A stretch of DNA of 64,000 nt from Flavobacteriales bacterium. GTDB lineage: Bacteria; Bacteroidota; Bacteroidia; Flavobacteriales_D; CAJJDF01. Below, in pieces: positions 42,165-52,246 of this stretch. The notes under the pieces are model-generated. The model had not been told where the DNA came from, ran no database searches, and saw only the letters and a program-made list of their open reading frames with translations. A program made the position numbers and the translations under genes. The stretch is from contig CBFHPW010000006.1 in assembly GCA_965657945.1 (NCBI GenBank), positions 18,702-82,701 on the forward strand, written 5' to 3'. The stretch's first letter is position 1. Every line of letters begins with the position of its first letter.

Positions 42165-43235
42165 TTATTGAAAATCAATTGAATTTTTCGCGTAACTCTC
42201 CCATTTCTCCAAAACTTGTTGCATATCTTCAGGTAATTCTGAATTGAATTGCATGAATTCTCCCGTGTATGGATGTGTAAACCCTAAGGTTTTAGCATGC
42301 AAAGCTTGTCTTGGAAGCAACTTGAAACAGTTTTGAACAAATTGCTTGTATTTGGTATAGGTTGTTCCTTTTAAAATGATTTCACCTCCGTAATCAAAAT
42401 CATTGAACAAAGTATGACCAATATGCTTCATATGAGCTCTAATTTGATGAGTTCTTCCTGTTTCCAATTCGCATTGAACCAAAGTTGTATACCCATATCT
42501 TTTTAATACTTTGAAATTGGTTACCGCCTCTTTTCCAAAAGATCCATCTTCATATACTGTCATTAATTTTCTGTTCTTTAAAGAACGACCGATATGACCT
42601 TCTATTCTTCCTTCATCTTCTTGCACATCTCCCCAAACCAAGGCATGATATTTTCTTTCAGTCGTTTTGTCAAAAAACTGCTTTGACAATTCTACCAAAG
42701 CTTTTTCCGTTTTGGCAACTACCATTAAACCTGTGGTATTTTTGTCCAACCTATGAACAATTCCTGGTCTTCCTTCAAAATCATCTCTTTTAGGTAGGTT
42801 ATCAAAATGATAGAGCAGAGCATTTGCCAAAGTCCCCTCAAAATTACCATAACCTGGATGAACAACCATTCCCATAGGCTTATTAATTACAGCCAAATAA
42901 TCATCTTCGTACACAAAATCTAACGGAATATTCTCTGCAATTAATTCTGTTTCACGAACTGGGTAAGGGTAACTAAGCGTGATTACCTCTCCTGGTTTAG
43001 CCTTGTAGTTTGGTTTTATTTCTGATCCATTTGACTTGACATAACCTTTCAATGCAGCTTCTTTAAGCTTCGTTCTTGAAATATTCGGAAGTCTATTCAT
43101 CAAGAATTTATCCACTCTTATGATTTCTTGACCAGGGTCTACAGTAAATTTGTAATGCTCAAATAATTCCGGATTCTCCTCGGGATTTACAATCACTTCC
43201 TCTTCTACTTTCTCTTTCTTTCGTTCTTGACTCAC
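42165..43235 (-). CDS. rluD: RluA/RluD-family 23S rRNA pseudouridine synthase
   Basis: GTG start, S4-like N-terminal domain, catalytic 'HRLDKNTTGLMVVAKT', 'GRTHQIRAH'. Confidence 0.85.
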   Translation of the reverse strand: MSQERKKEKVEEEVIVNPEENPELFEHYKFTVDPGQEIIRVDKFLMNRLPNISRTKLKEAALKGYVKSNGSEIKPNYKAKPGEVITLSYPYPVRETELIAENIPLDFVYEDDYLAVINKPMGMVVHPGYGNFEGTLANALLYHFDNLPKRDDFEGRPGIVHRLDKNTTGLMVVAKTEKALVELSKQFFDKTTERKYHALVWGDVQEDEGRIEGHIGRSLKNRKLMTVYEDGSFGKEAVTNFKVLKRYGYTTLVQCELETGRTHQIRAHMKHIGHTLFNDFDYGGEIILKGTTYTKYKQFVQNCFKLLPRQALHAKTLGFTHPYTGEFMQFNSELPEDMQQVLEKWESYAKNSIDFQ

Positions 43236-43247
43236 TTTTATTGGAAT

Positions 43248-45470
43248 TTAGTTTTTGACAAATCGTGTAATGACTTGCCTATTTTTTTCGTCAGTAATTC
43301 TCATTACATACATTCCATTCTTCAAATGCGAAACATCCAAAGCGGATACAAAAGTAGATGAAATAACTAGTTTTCCGGTCAAATCAATCACTTCAATGTT
43401 TTTTATTGTATTACTGGAAGATAATTCAACGGAAATTTGAGAATTAGCAGGATTTGGGAAAACTAATACGCTGGGTTGCTCTTCATTCTCATTCAACCCA
43501 ACAGAATAATCTCTTTGATAAACAAAAGAAGGTCTTATCATGAGAGTTCCTTCAAAACCTGATTTTTGCCACACCCCATTGCTGTTGTAATAAGTATTAT
43601 CCAGGTTGTTGATGTTTTTATCAAATCCTATATTGATTCTATCTGGAGTTGTTTGAGAAATTCCAACGAAATAATTTCCTGAAGGCAAAAAATGATTGCT
43701 ATCCAAAGGGTATTCATAGAATCCATTAACACCTAAATTATAGCGAGGAACATCAAGAGTCACTTTTTCATATATGACTGAACCTGGTCTATTTCCAGAT
43801 TCATTCCACAGTGTAATAATAAATGTAGTAGAACTCATGTTATAAGCAGATGGAGTAAAGTGAATGAAAACCGACTTGATCGTATCGCCTTGTGACAAGC
43901 TAAAACGAGAAGCAATTTTTGAATTTAAACCACCTAAACCCTGAACACCGTAGGCTGCTTCTGCTGTTCCGTCATCGTAAGAATAATAATCACTAAATTC
44001 TTGAACAAACCTCAACGTATCGTTTGTTCTTGTAAAATCAGGTGTGGTATTGTGGGTAACTTGCACCAAGAAAGAAGCATTGGTATCATTTACAGAGGTA
44101 TCATAAAAATAACCGGTAGGAATTTTATACTCGGTTTGAAAATCAGTTAACCCCGGAATTGAGGGTGTATTTGTATTCACTATGGTTTGTTGTAAGGCTG
44201 AATGATAGAATATTTCCATTTGGTTGCTTCCTACCAGTCTTCCAGCTGTATTGTTATTGCGTTGAAAGACAAATACAGAATCGACCATCGCTGAATTCGT
44301 TTCCCACTTAAAGTGTTTCCAAGGCATTGCTGTATAGCGATTTAATAGCGTGTGAGAGGGTAACTGAAACGCAACATCATCTCTTACTCTATCGGTTGAA
44401 AAACGAGAGGAACCAAAGAATACATAATCTAAATTCCAATGATCAAAACTACCTGAAAGAGAAGCATAATTTAGAAAACGAAATTTAAACCCTGCCTTTA
44501 GAAATCGAACATCGGTAATTTTTATCATTACCTGAGTAAAATTCGTATCTAGCTGTGTTCCATCCGCTTTCCACATGCTCACCCATTCGTTATCATTTGG
44601 AGAATAAAACTGAAGTACCAGTGAATCTTCAGGCTCTGGTTCGTTTCCTAGTCCTTGAGGTTGGTAGTAAAAGCTTAAATAAATAGAATCTGAGAGAGAA
44701 TAAGGGAGACCATTGGGCTTTGTGTCCAAAAATATTGGTTTGGAGGTTAAGTAATCCGCTTTGCCATAAGTGAAGGCGGTGGAGAAGTCATAGGGATATC
44801 CATTTTCATTCAGTCCATCAAAAGTTACAACGCCTATTGTAGGTGGGTTTATGGCATAATCATTATTCAAGTAAACCTGGTTGTCTTGCCAATAACTTTG
44901 AGTATCAGTGGCTCTCACAAAAAACACCTGTGCCGAATCTTGTTCCACATCAGGTGGAAAAACCCCATACACATTATCAGGATTTGCTGCTGTTCCAATT
45001 GTATCGTCCGTATTGTAGGCCGGCCAAACAGTCACAGTATTGCAAACAACGGGATATGCATTTAAGTCACAAATAGTTCGAGTTCCAATTGGAACAAGCG
45101 GAAACGTGTCAATTTGAAAAGAGTCTGGCGTGGCAGTAGGTGTATATTGATAATGATAAGTTGTATCCAACATATATCTTGCTGTATCCACATCTGGTAA
45201 ACCTCCATTATAAATTACGTGGAATAGCGAATCGTACACATTTGCATCCGTAGATTTTGCAGTATACTTTTTGAATCTATCAGTAGAAAAGTCATCTTTG
45301 ATTGGCAGATGAATTGTGTCCATGGCATACACAAACAACTTATCAATTGACCTTGTCTTGGCTTTTGATTTACGAACCAAGCTAGGGTTTATTCTCAAAG
45401 GCTCTAAACTTTCTTGTGAAAAAATCAAGGTTGGAAGGAGAGATAAAAAGAGTAAAAAGCTTAAACGCAT
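43248..45470 (-). CDS. Large secreted protein of unknown function with a T9SS C-terminal sorting domain
   Basis: Signal peptide 'MRLSFLLFLSLLPTLIFSQ'. C-terminal 'VLVFPNPANSQISVEL...NGMYVMRITDEKNRQVITRFVKN' resembles a T9SS type A CTD. Confidence 0.7.
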   Translation of the reverse strand: MRLSFLLFLSLLPTLIFSQESLEPLRINPSLVRKSKAKTRSIDKLFVYAMDTIHLPIKDDFSTDRFKKYTAKSTDANVYDSLFHVIYNGGLPDVDTARYMLDTTYHYQYTPTATPDSFQIDTFPLVPIGTRTICDLNAYPVVCNTVTVWPAYNTDDTIGTAANPDNVYGVFPPDVEQDSAQVFFVRATDTQSYWQDNQVYLNNDYAINPPTIGVVTFDGLNENGYPYDFSTAFTYGKADYLTSKPIFLDTKPNGLPYSLSDSIYLSFYYQPQGLGNEPEPEDSLVLQFYSPNDNEWVSMWKADGTQLDTNFTQVMIKITDVRFLKAGFKFRFLNYASLSGSFDHWNLDYVFFGSSRFSTDRVRDDVAFQLPSHTLLNRYTAMPWKHFKWETNSAMVDSVFVFQRNNNTAGRLVGSNQMEIFYHSALQQTIVNTNTPSIPGLTDFQTEYKIPTGYFYDTSVNDTNASFLVQVTHNTTPDFTRTNDTLRFVQEFSDYYSYDDGTAEAAYGVQGLGGLNSKIASRFSLSQGDTIKSVFIHFTPSAYNMSSTTFIITLWNESGNRPGSVIYEKVTLDVPRYNLGVNGFYEYPLDSNHFLPSGNYFVGISQTTPDRINIGFDKNINNLDNTYYNSNGVWQKSGFEGTLMIRPSFVYQRDYSVGLNENEEQPSVLVFPNPANSQISVELSSSNTIKNIEVIDLTGKLVISSTFVSALDVSHLKNGMYVMRITDEKNRQVITRFVKN

Positions 45471-45476
45471 ATGTGC

Positions 45477-46247
45477 TTATTTTGACAAAAATATAATGAT
45501 TTCACTTCCTTCAGCTATTGTTAAACCCTCAATATATTCGGGAGTTTGCTGGTCTATTACTGCACTTGCCGAATCGGCTGCCGTTTCACATTCATTGCAA
45601 TTAAAAACAGTAACTAACTGGAAATTTTTATCCGATAACTCCAAGTTAGCTTCGCTTATTGTTTTTCCTATCAAATTTGGCACTTGTAATTGAGCAGCTT
45701 CCCCCTGACCTTTTCCAACCACAACGGTAACCGTTGATCCCTTCTCTAACATAAAACCAGTTTTTACTGAGTTTCCTCTATACTTTACATCTAAAACCAC
45801 ATCTTTGTAAGGACTGGCTTCATACTCCCATTTTGGAGACAATCCGGCAATAGTTAGCTTGGTTGAAGCCAACGACTTAGAGTTATCGATAATTACTGGT
45901 AACTTAATTTTTTGTTTGGTGGATCTCACCAAAGTCAAATAAATTATTCGCTGTGATTTAACCCAAGATTCAGTCGTATCAGAATGAGGAACAGGATTTT
46001 GAAGAATAACACTTTTTAGCGGTAAAGAACTGTAAACAGAATCGACAGATAACCTGAGGTTATGCTCTTCTGCCAACTGTGACGCCTCCTCTAATGACAA
46101 CCCCATAAAGTTAGGAGTCTCAATTTTTTCGCCATGCAAGGTGTAGCTATTAAGCCACGTTAATGTCCCAAAAATAAGGATGGCAACTGCGACAAATGCC
46201 AAAATTGCATGCCTAAAAAAAGGACTAGATTTAATTTTTTTCCACAT
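45477..46247 (-). CDS. PASTA-domain-containing membrane protein
   Basis: N-terminal TM helix followed by PASTA-like repeats beginning 'PNFMGLSLEEASQLAEEHNLRL' and 'VPNLIGKTISEANLELSDKNFQL'. Confidence 0.7.
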   Translation of the reverse strand: MWKKIKSSPFFRHAILAFVAVAILIFGTLTWLNSYTLHGEKIETPNFMGLSLEEASQLAEEHNLRLSVDSVYSSLPLKSVILQNPVPHSDTTESWVKSQRIIYLTLVRSTKQKIKLPVIIDNSKSLASTKLTIAGLSPKWEYEASPYKDVVLDVKYRGNSVKTGFMLEKGSTVTVVVGKGQGEAAQLQVPNLIGKTISEANLELSDKNFQLVTVFNCNECETAADSASAVIDQQTPEYIEGLTIAEGSEIIIFLSK

Positions 46248-46403
46248 GGAGAATTTGAAATAATTGGTTAGGTGACAAATATAACGAAACTCATCGAATT
46301 GTATTTTATTCGCTTCCTATATTTCAATTCTTGAACCAACAAGAATAAAATTAGTGAATTTGTGATCGAACCGTTACTTTTGCTTTTCTATAAATCAAAT
46401 CAA

Positions 46404-48188
46404 ATGAATTTTACCGTTTTAGACTGGTCCATTATTGTTGTATTTCTATTGATCACCTTATTTATCGGTTTGTATTTCAAGAATTCCGCGAGCAAAAGCC
46501 TCACAGATTTCTTCTTGGCTGGACGAAATTTACCTTGGTACATTGCTGGGATTTCCATGGTAGCAACCACTTTTGCGGCAGATACTCCGCTGTGGGTCGC
46601 AGAAGAGATTTACAAAAAAGGAATTTCTGGAAACTGGCTCTGGTGGAATATGCTAATCGGAGGAATGGTAACGACTTTCTTTTTTGCTAGGCTTTGGAGA
46701 AGAGCAGATGTTTTAACAGAGTTAGAATTCTTAGAAATCAGATATTCCGGAAAGGTTGTCAATTTTTTCAGAAGTTTTAAATCTGTTTATCTCGGAGTGT
46801 TTTTCAATGCTGTGATTCTTGGTTGGGTAAATGCCGCTATGATTAAGATAATCATGGTGTTCTTTCAAATTGATTTCAATACAGCTTTTTTTGCAGTTGT
46901 AGGACTAATGATATTAGTGGCAATTTACAGCACAATTTCAGGATTATTAGGGGTAACAATTACCGACTCTATTCAATTTATCCTTGCCATGACTGGCTGC
47001 ATTATTCTTGCAATTATCATGGTAAATAGCGAGCAAGTTGGAGGAATTGATGGACTGAAAGAGAAATTGCCTGCTTCACGCTTTCATTTTTTTCCTGATT
47101 TCAGCGGTTCTAACTCAATAGGTACCTTCTCTATTTCCATACTTGCCTTTGTTTCTTTCATTGGTATTCAGTGGTGGAGTAGCTGGTACCCTGGAGGAGA
47201 ACCTGGAGGTGGTGGATATATCTCACAAAGAATGATGAGTACAAAAAATGAAAAGCATTCCGTTTTCGCGACTTTATTTTTTCAAATTGCCCATTATTGT
47301 CTTCGACCTTGGCCTTGGATTATTGTAGGACTTTGTGCTTTGGTTGTATACCCTGAATTGACTGAAAAAACAGCTGGAAACGGTTTTGTAATGGCCATGA
47401 ATGATTTTATGCCCTCGGGATTAAAAGGTTTATTATTTACCGCTTTTTTGGGTGCTTACATGAGTACTATTTCAACACAATTAAATTGGGGAGCCAGTTT
47501 TCTTACCAATGATTTATACTTAAAAAACACAAAAAGTAAGCCTTCACAAAAAAAACTCGTTTTGGTAGGAAGGCTATCCACTATTTTCATAATGACAGTA
47601 GCCATATTTTCTACTTATATGATTGATACCATAAGTGGAGCTGCAAGATTTTTAATTGGATCTTCGGCAGGTCTTGGAGCAGTATTAATTCTAAGATGGT
47701 ACTGGTGGCGAATAAATATTTGGAGTGAGATTAGTGCTACAATAGCACCAATTATTGGCTTTACATTGGCTAAGTATGTAATTTCACCACGATATGAAAT
47801 CGATGGAACTAATATTTTTGTGGAAAGTGAAGGGATTCTGCTTACCACTACTCTATTCACAACCTTAGTTTGGTTGATTGTTACTTTTGTCACTCCACCA
47901 ACCACTCAAGAAAAATTAAAGTCATTTTTTGACAAAGTAAAACCCGATGGAGCTTGGGGACCTTTTCAAACAAAACCAAGTAAATCAAATTTACCACATT
48001 TAACTGTTTGTTGGATTTCATCTGTTTGGATGACATACTCCGTATTGTTTTTTATTGGGAAGTTAATCTTTAAAGAATGGAACTCTGTCATGATATGGGG
48101 GGTAAGTTCGTTAGTAAGTTTTATAATTTTCAGATGGTTTTTGAATAAAACAACTATCATGGACAAAGAAGAAGTAATAAATGAATAA
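46404..48188 (+). CDS. Sodium:solute symporter (SSS) family transporter
   Basis: Polytopic membrane protein with an SSS-like N-terminus 'LDWSIIVVFLLITLFIGLYF...DFFLAGRNLPWY'. The track start at 46362 is GTG, and the ATG at 46404 is preferred. Confidence 0.8.
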   Translation: MNFTVLDWSIIVVFLLITLFIGLYFKNSASKSLTDFFLAGRNLPWYIAGISMVATTFAADTPLWVAEEIYKKGISGNWLWWNMLIGGMVTTFFFARLWRRADVLTELEFLEIRYSGKVVNFFRSFKSVYLGVFFNAVILGWVNAAMIKIIMVFFQIDFNTAFFAVVGLMILVAIYSTISGLLGVTITDSIQFILAMTGCIILAIIMVNSEQVGGIDGLKEKLPASRFHFFPDFSGSNSIGTFSISILAFVSFIGIQWWSSWYPGGEPGGGGYISQRMMSTKNEKHSVFATLFFQIAHYCLRPWPWIIVGLCALVVYPELTEKTAGNGFVMAMNDFMPSGLKGLLFTAFLGAYMSTISTQLNWGASFLTNDLYLKNTKSKPSQKKLVLVGRLSTIFIMTVAIFSTYMIDTISGAARFLIGSSAGLGAVLILRWYWWRINIWSEISATIAPIIGFTLAKYVISPRYEIDGTNIFVESEGILLTTTLFTTLVWLIVTFVTPPTTQEKLKSFFDKVKPDGAWGPFQTKPSKSNLPHLTVCWISSVWMTYSVLFFIGKLIFKEWNSVMIWGVSSLVSFIIFRWFLNKTTIMDKEEVINE

Positions 48189-48924
48189 AAGTAAAAATTG
48201 GTTTGCAAATTGGTTTGATTCACCTCATTATCACATTCTCTACAAAAATAGAGATTACAAAGAGGCGGAATACTTTTTGAAAAAACTGACTGATTACCTC
48301 AAACCCAAAAGCACAGATAAAATTTTAGACTTAGCTTGCGGTGCTGGAAGGCATTCTATTTTTTTAAACAAACTAGGATTCAATGTAACAGGAGTTGATT
48401 TATCACCAAATAGTATAGAGGCGGCAAAAAATTTTGAAAATGATAAGTTAAATTTTGCTGTTCACGACATGAGAGAAGTATACCTAGAAAGTGGTTTCAA
48501 TTATGTATTCAATATGTTTACGAGCTTTGGCTATTTTGAATCCAATGAGGAAAACTTAAAAATGCTTAGGTCTGTAGAGGCAACATTAAAACCAGGAGGA
48601 ACTTTTGTTTTGGACTTCTTCAACTCACACCGAGTAGTTAGAGATTTAGTAAAGCAAGAAACCAAAGAAATAGAAGGGATTAAGTTTCAACTCAGTCGTG
48701 AGCTGGTTGATGGAAAAATCATTAAACAAATCAATTTTTCGGACAAGAACAAAATGTTTTCCTTCAAAGAAAAGGTTCAAGCGATTGACTTGCCTCAATT
48801 CGAAACTCTTTTTTCTCACACAGGATTAAAAATCATTGCTACCTTTGGTGACTATTCTTTAGAGGAATACAACCACCAACATTCAGAAAGATTAATATTG
48901 ATAGCACAAAAAGTAAATGGATAA
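48181..48924 (+). CDS. Class I SAM-dependent methyltransferase
   Basis: Motif I 'ILDLACGAGRHS'. Its start overlaps the symporter stop by 8 nt. Confidence 0.75.
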   Translation: MNKSKNWFANWFDSPHYHILYKNRDYKEAEYFLKKLTDYLKPKSTDKILDLACGAGRHSIFLNKLGFNVTGVDLSPNSIEAAKNFENDKLNFAVHDMREVYLESGFNYVFNMFTSFGYFESNEENLKMLRSVEATLKPGGTFVLDFFNSHRVVRDLVKQETKEIEGIKFQLSRELVDGKIIKQINFSDKNKMFSFKEKVQAIDLPQFETLFSHTGLKIIATFGDYSLEEYNHQHSERLILIAQKVNG

Positions 48925-49660
48925 TTTTTTCACCTATATTTTACTGTCAGGCATAGTTATGCTTGGCGGAGGTTTGGTTTATTTCTTGAAAGAAAAAATC
49001 ACAAGCGGACTGAGATATTTGTTAGCCTTCAGTGGAGCTTTTATGTTAGGAATTGCAGCGTTGCATTTAATTCCTGAAGTATATGCCAACCACGACACCT
49101 CCATAGGTATATTTGTATTACTTGGGTTTCTTGTTCAACTTGTTTTAGAATATTTTTCGCAAGGAATCGAACATGGCCACATCCACGCACACAAAGATGC
49201 AAGCTCAAGATTTTTTGCCCCTTTACTCATCAGTCTTTGTATTCACGCATTTCTAGAAGGATTGCCTTTAGCCAACGAAACATTAGGACATAACCATTCA
49301 CATGGATTTGTTCATTCGGATGAACATTCTTTTCTGATAAGTATTTTACTACATAAATTCCCTATTGCCCTAGCATTGATGACTTTATTTATTAAATCAA
49401 ATGTTCGAATAAAAACTGCTTTCTTCTGGTTATTTATTTTCTCTTTAATGGCTCCACTGGGAAATGTTGTTGCTATTTATTTTATGGATTTCTTTCAAGC
49501 AAACGGAAACATCATGAACAAAATATTGGCCGTAGTTGTTGGAATGTTTTTACACATTTCAACTACCATTTTGTTTGAGACAGACGAGAGTCACAAATTC
49601 AATTTAGCCAAACTTGTATTGGTAATTTCTGGAGGTTTTATTGCTTATTTGGTAGCTTAA
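48917..49660 (+). CDS. ZIP-family divalent metal transporter
   Basis: Multiple TM helices, His-rich loop 'EHGHIHAHKD' and 'GHNHSHGFVHSDEHS', and the ZIP signature-like 'HAFLEGLPLA'. Its start overlaps the methyltransferase stop by 8 nt. Confidence 0.75.
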   Translation: MDNFFTYILLSGIVMLGGGLVYFLKEKITSGLRYLLAFSGAFMLGIAALHLIPEVYANHDTSIGIFVLLGFLVQLVLEYFSQGIEHGHIHAHKDASSRFFAPLLISLCIHAFLEGLPLANETLGHNHSHGFVHSDEHSFLISILLHKFPIALALMTLFIKSNVRIKTAFFWLFIFSLMAPLGNVVAIYFMDFFQANGNIMNKILAVVVGMFLHISTTILFETDESHKFNLAKLVLVISGGFIAYLVA

Positions 49661-50238
49661 TCAAGCAAAGGCAAATCAAATCTGTTTTCTACTTTTTGCT
49701 CTATTTTTTTGAATAACTGGGAAGGCTTGTAGGTGCGCCAATTATCCATTTCAAAATCTTCTCCACAAAGCACGTAGTTGTCAATATTGGCATCCTGAAA
49801 TTCATCCAAAACATGAGGATGGAAATTTAAGAATACGATCCACCCATCTTCTAGCTCATCGTACCACTCTTCATAATACAAATCATCTGAACTGTGAAAA
49901 TTCAAAACATTTTCTCCAATAAGAATAAACTTATCGATTCCTTCTCCCATTAGCAATTCTAGGACTTCTAGTTTTAGGTTCATGATGTCGTTCTCGATGC
50001 AATCATTCCACTCGCCTATTAATTCAATTATTGCAAAGTTTTTATCGTAATCGGTAAATATAATTTTCACAAACAAGGTTTCTGAACCAAAATCATCCCA
50101 TTGAGGATGCAAAAGAAAATTATACACCTTATTCGTAAACTCAAACTCGCTGTACTCTCTTTCAAAAAAAGGAGAACGATAATCCTCAGAAGCTATGTAG
50201 AGGTTCCGCCAGTTGTAGTATGGTTCAATTGCGTGCAT
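49657..50238 (-). CDS. Hypothetical cytoplasmic acidic protein
   Basis: 193-aa ATG ORF with no signal peptide and no recognisable motif. Its stop shares the TTAA tetranucleotide with the convergent ZIP gene stop. Confidence 0.5.
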   Translation of the reverse strand: MHAIEPYYNWRNLYIASEDYRSPFFEREYSEFEFTNKVYNFLLHPQWDDFGSETLFVKIIFTDYDKNFAIIELIGEWNDCIENDIMNLKLEVLELLMGEGIDKFILIGENVLNFHSSDDLYYEEWYDELEDGWIVFLNFHPHVLDEFQDANIDNYVLCGEDFEMDNWRTYKPSQLFKKIEQKVENRFDLPLLD

Positions 50239-50322
50239 AAGGTTGATTTCTTTGTTTCAAAAGTATAAAAAAAATGTTCTGAAAGCGAGAAAAAAAATAG
50301 TGAGTAATCAAATCCAAATTTG

Positions 50323-50352
50323 TTTGTCTTGGAGCATAATTCCTTATATTTG
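50323..50352 (+). promoter_or_regulatory. Candidate Bacteroidota-type promoter
   Basis: TTTG (50323-50326), an 18-nt spacer, then TATATTTG (50345-50352), 26 nt upstream of the ATG at 50379. Confidence 0.45.
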
Positions 50353-50378
50353 AATGAAAGAATCTAACTCTTCAATTT

Positions 50379-51800
50379 ATGGAACTATTTGGTAAAAAAA
50401 AATCGACCTCTTCATACTCCTTGCCTTCTGATGATTATTTTAATTCATTAAGACGAAAAGAGTTTTCGAGACTGGATAAGTTGGGACAAACCTACCTTGA
50501 TTTTACGGGCGGAAACTTACACCCTTCATCCCTGTTGGATGAACATTTCGAATTGCTTCAAAATTCAATTTTGGGTAACCCTCATTCCACAAATCCAAGT
50601 TCACAAATGGCAACAAAATTGGTGGAAGAAACGAGAAATAAAATCATCCAATACTTTAACGCAGACGACTACTACTGCATCTTTACTTCCAATGCATCGG
50701 GAGCTTTAAAAATTGTGGGCGAGTGTTATCCGTTCGAGGATAACGGACAGTTGTTACTCCTTTCCGATAATCACAATTCTGTTAATGGAATTAGAGAATA
50801 TTGCAAATCTAAAGGAGGAGAATTCACCTATTCTCCTATTCAACAGTCAGATTTAAGGATAGACGAGGAAAGATTAATGGAACATATTAATTCTTTCGGT
50901 GATAAAAAAAACAAATTGTTTGGTTTTCCGGCACAATCCAATGTTTCGGGAGTAAAGCACGACTGGAAATGGGTGGAGATTGCAAAACAAAAAGGTTGGG
51001 ATGTATTGATGGATGCGGCAGCATTCGTTCCCACCTCCAAGTTAAATTTGAAGCAAGTACAACCCGATTTTGTATCGATATCTTTTTATAAAATATTTGG
51101 TTTTCCAACCGGGATAGGCTGCTTATTGGTAAAAAAAGACTCCTTTCCAAAATTAAAAAAGCATTGGTTTGCGGGAGGAACTGTAGATTACGTATCGGTA
51201 AAAGAAAGTAATCATTTACTCATTGCCAATCACGAAAGATTTGAAAACGGGACTTTGAATTATTTAGATATTCCCGCCATTAAATTAGGATTAGATTTTA
51301 TTGAATCGATAGGTATAAAAAGAATAAGAGAAAGAATAATTGAATTAACTCGTTTGTTTCTGGACGAAATGTCGAGCATAAAACATGAAAACGGCACACC
51401 AGTCGTTAGATTATTTGGTCCCCTAGAAACCGAAAACAGAGGTGGAACTGTGATTCTTAACTTTCAAGACAAAAACGGCAATACATTTCCTTTCGATTGG
51501 ATTGAAACTCAAGCAAACAAGGAATTAATATCAATTCGTTCGGGGTGTTTTTGTAATCCAGGAATTGACGAAATAAACCATTGTGTTTCGAATGAAGAAA
51601 TGGCGCAATATTTCACAAGCCGAAAAGAAAAAACATTTGACTCTACTACGAAATACCTAAAATACATGTCGGAGCAGATTGGCAGAATGAGAGGTGCAAC
51701 TAGAGTTTCTTTTGGAATTGCCACTACTACCTACGACATTGAAAAATTTGTGAAATTCGTTTCTAAACTTCAAAACAAGAATACACTTGAGGTAGACTAA
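50379..51800 (+). CDS. Class V aminotransferase-fold PLP enzyme, molybdenum-cofactor-sulfurase / cysteine-desulfurase-like
   Basis: PLP-lysine context 'DFVSISFYKIFGFPTGIGCLLV' resembles the N-terminal domain of Moco sulfurases. 'IRSGCFCNPG' lies near the C-terminus. There is no MOSC domain. Confidence 0.65.
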   Translation: MELFGKKKSTSSYSLPSDDYFNSLRRKEFSRLDKLGQTYLDFTGGNLHPSSLLDEHFELLQNSILGNPHSTNPSSQMATKLVEETRNKIIQYFNADDYYCIFTSNASGALKIVGECYPFEDNGQLLLLSDNHNSVNGIREYCKSKGGEFTYSPIQQSDLRIDEERLMEHINSFGDKKNKLFGFPAQSNVSGVKHDWKWVEIAKQKGWDVLMDAAAFVPTSKLNLKQVQPDFVSISFYKIFGFPTGIGCLLVKKDSFPKLKKHWFAGGTVDYVSVKESNHLLIANHERFENGTLNYLDIPAIKLGLDFIESIGIKRIRERIIELTRLFLDEMSSIKHENGTPVVRLFGPLETENRGGTVILNFQDKNGNTFPFDWIETQANKELISIRSGCFCNPGIDEINHCVSNEEMAQYFTSRKEKTFDSTTKYLKYMSEQIGRMRGATRVSFGIATTTYDIEKFVKFVSKLQNKNTLEVD

Positions 51801-51936
51801 AAACTCTGCCCTAAATGCAGGAAATATTGAGAAATTGAAAAACCTATTTTTTAAATTGAAAAGTTTTGTTAATGATTCAATTAGTGGAATTTCCGTTTTA
51901 TGTTTAGTTGAATTGTTTAAAGGAAGAGCGGAAAAT

Positions 51937-52154
51937 TTAGCTATTCGCAGATTTAAGTAGGGTTCCACCTCGTTGCAAAATATTTGCGACCGACTGAGAT
52001 TCTATTGGGGTAAAATTAGTTTCTATCAACTCTTTGCATCCTCTATTTATTCCTATTACCTCTACTCCATGTAATACTGCAATTCGCACAACTGCTGTAA
52101 TGCTTGCATTCCTAGAGCATCTCTACCAGATGAAAACAAACCTATTTTCTTCAT
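51937..52154 (-). pseudogene. pfkA: Relic of ATP-dependent 6-phosphofructokinase (N-terminal ~75 codons, frameshifted and truncated)
   Basis: Minus-strand translation from the ATG at 52154 gives 'MKKIGLFSSGRDALGM'. After a frame change it continues 'NASITAVVRIAVLHGVEVIGINRGCKELIETNFTPIESQSVANILQRGGTLLKSANS*'. This is colinear with PfkA '[26 protein letters not shown]...GLEVMGIYDGYLGL...SVSDMINRGGTFLGSAR'. The remaining ~250 codons are absent. Confidence 0.7.
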
Positions 52155-52246
52155 TTGAATTATTTTTGGGCTAAATTGATGGTTAAATTAGAGTTTAAAG
52201 ATAGAGAATCATTAAAATCATTCCTTAAAAACTCTTACTTTTGTCC

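Noticed and set aside
51657-51968. 103-aa minus-strand ORF in the track
   Set aside because: It overlaps the 3' end of the PLP-enzyme gene on the opposite strand and runs out of frame through the tail of the pfkA relic. It has no start context or motif. The pseudogene interpretation explains the region better.
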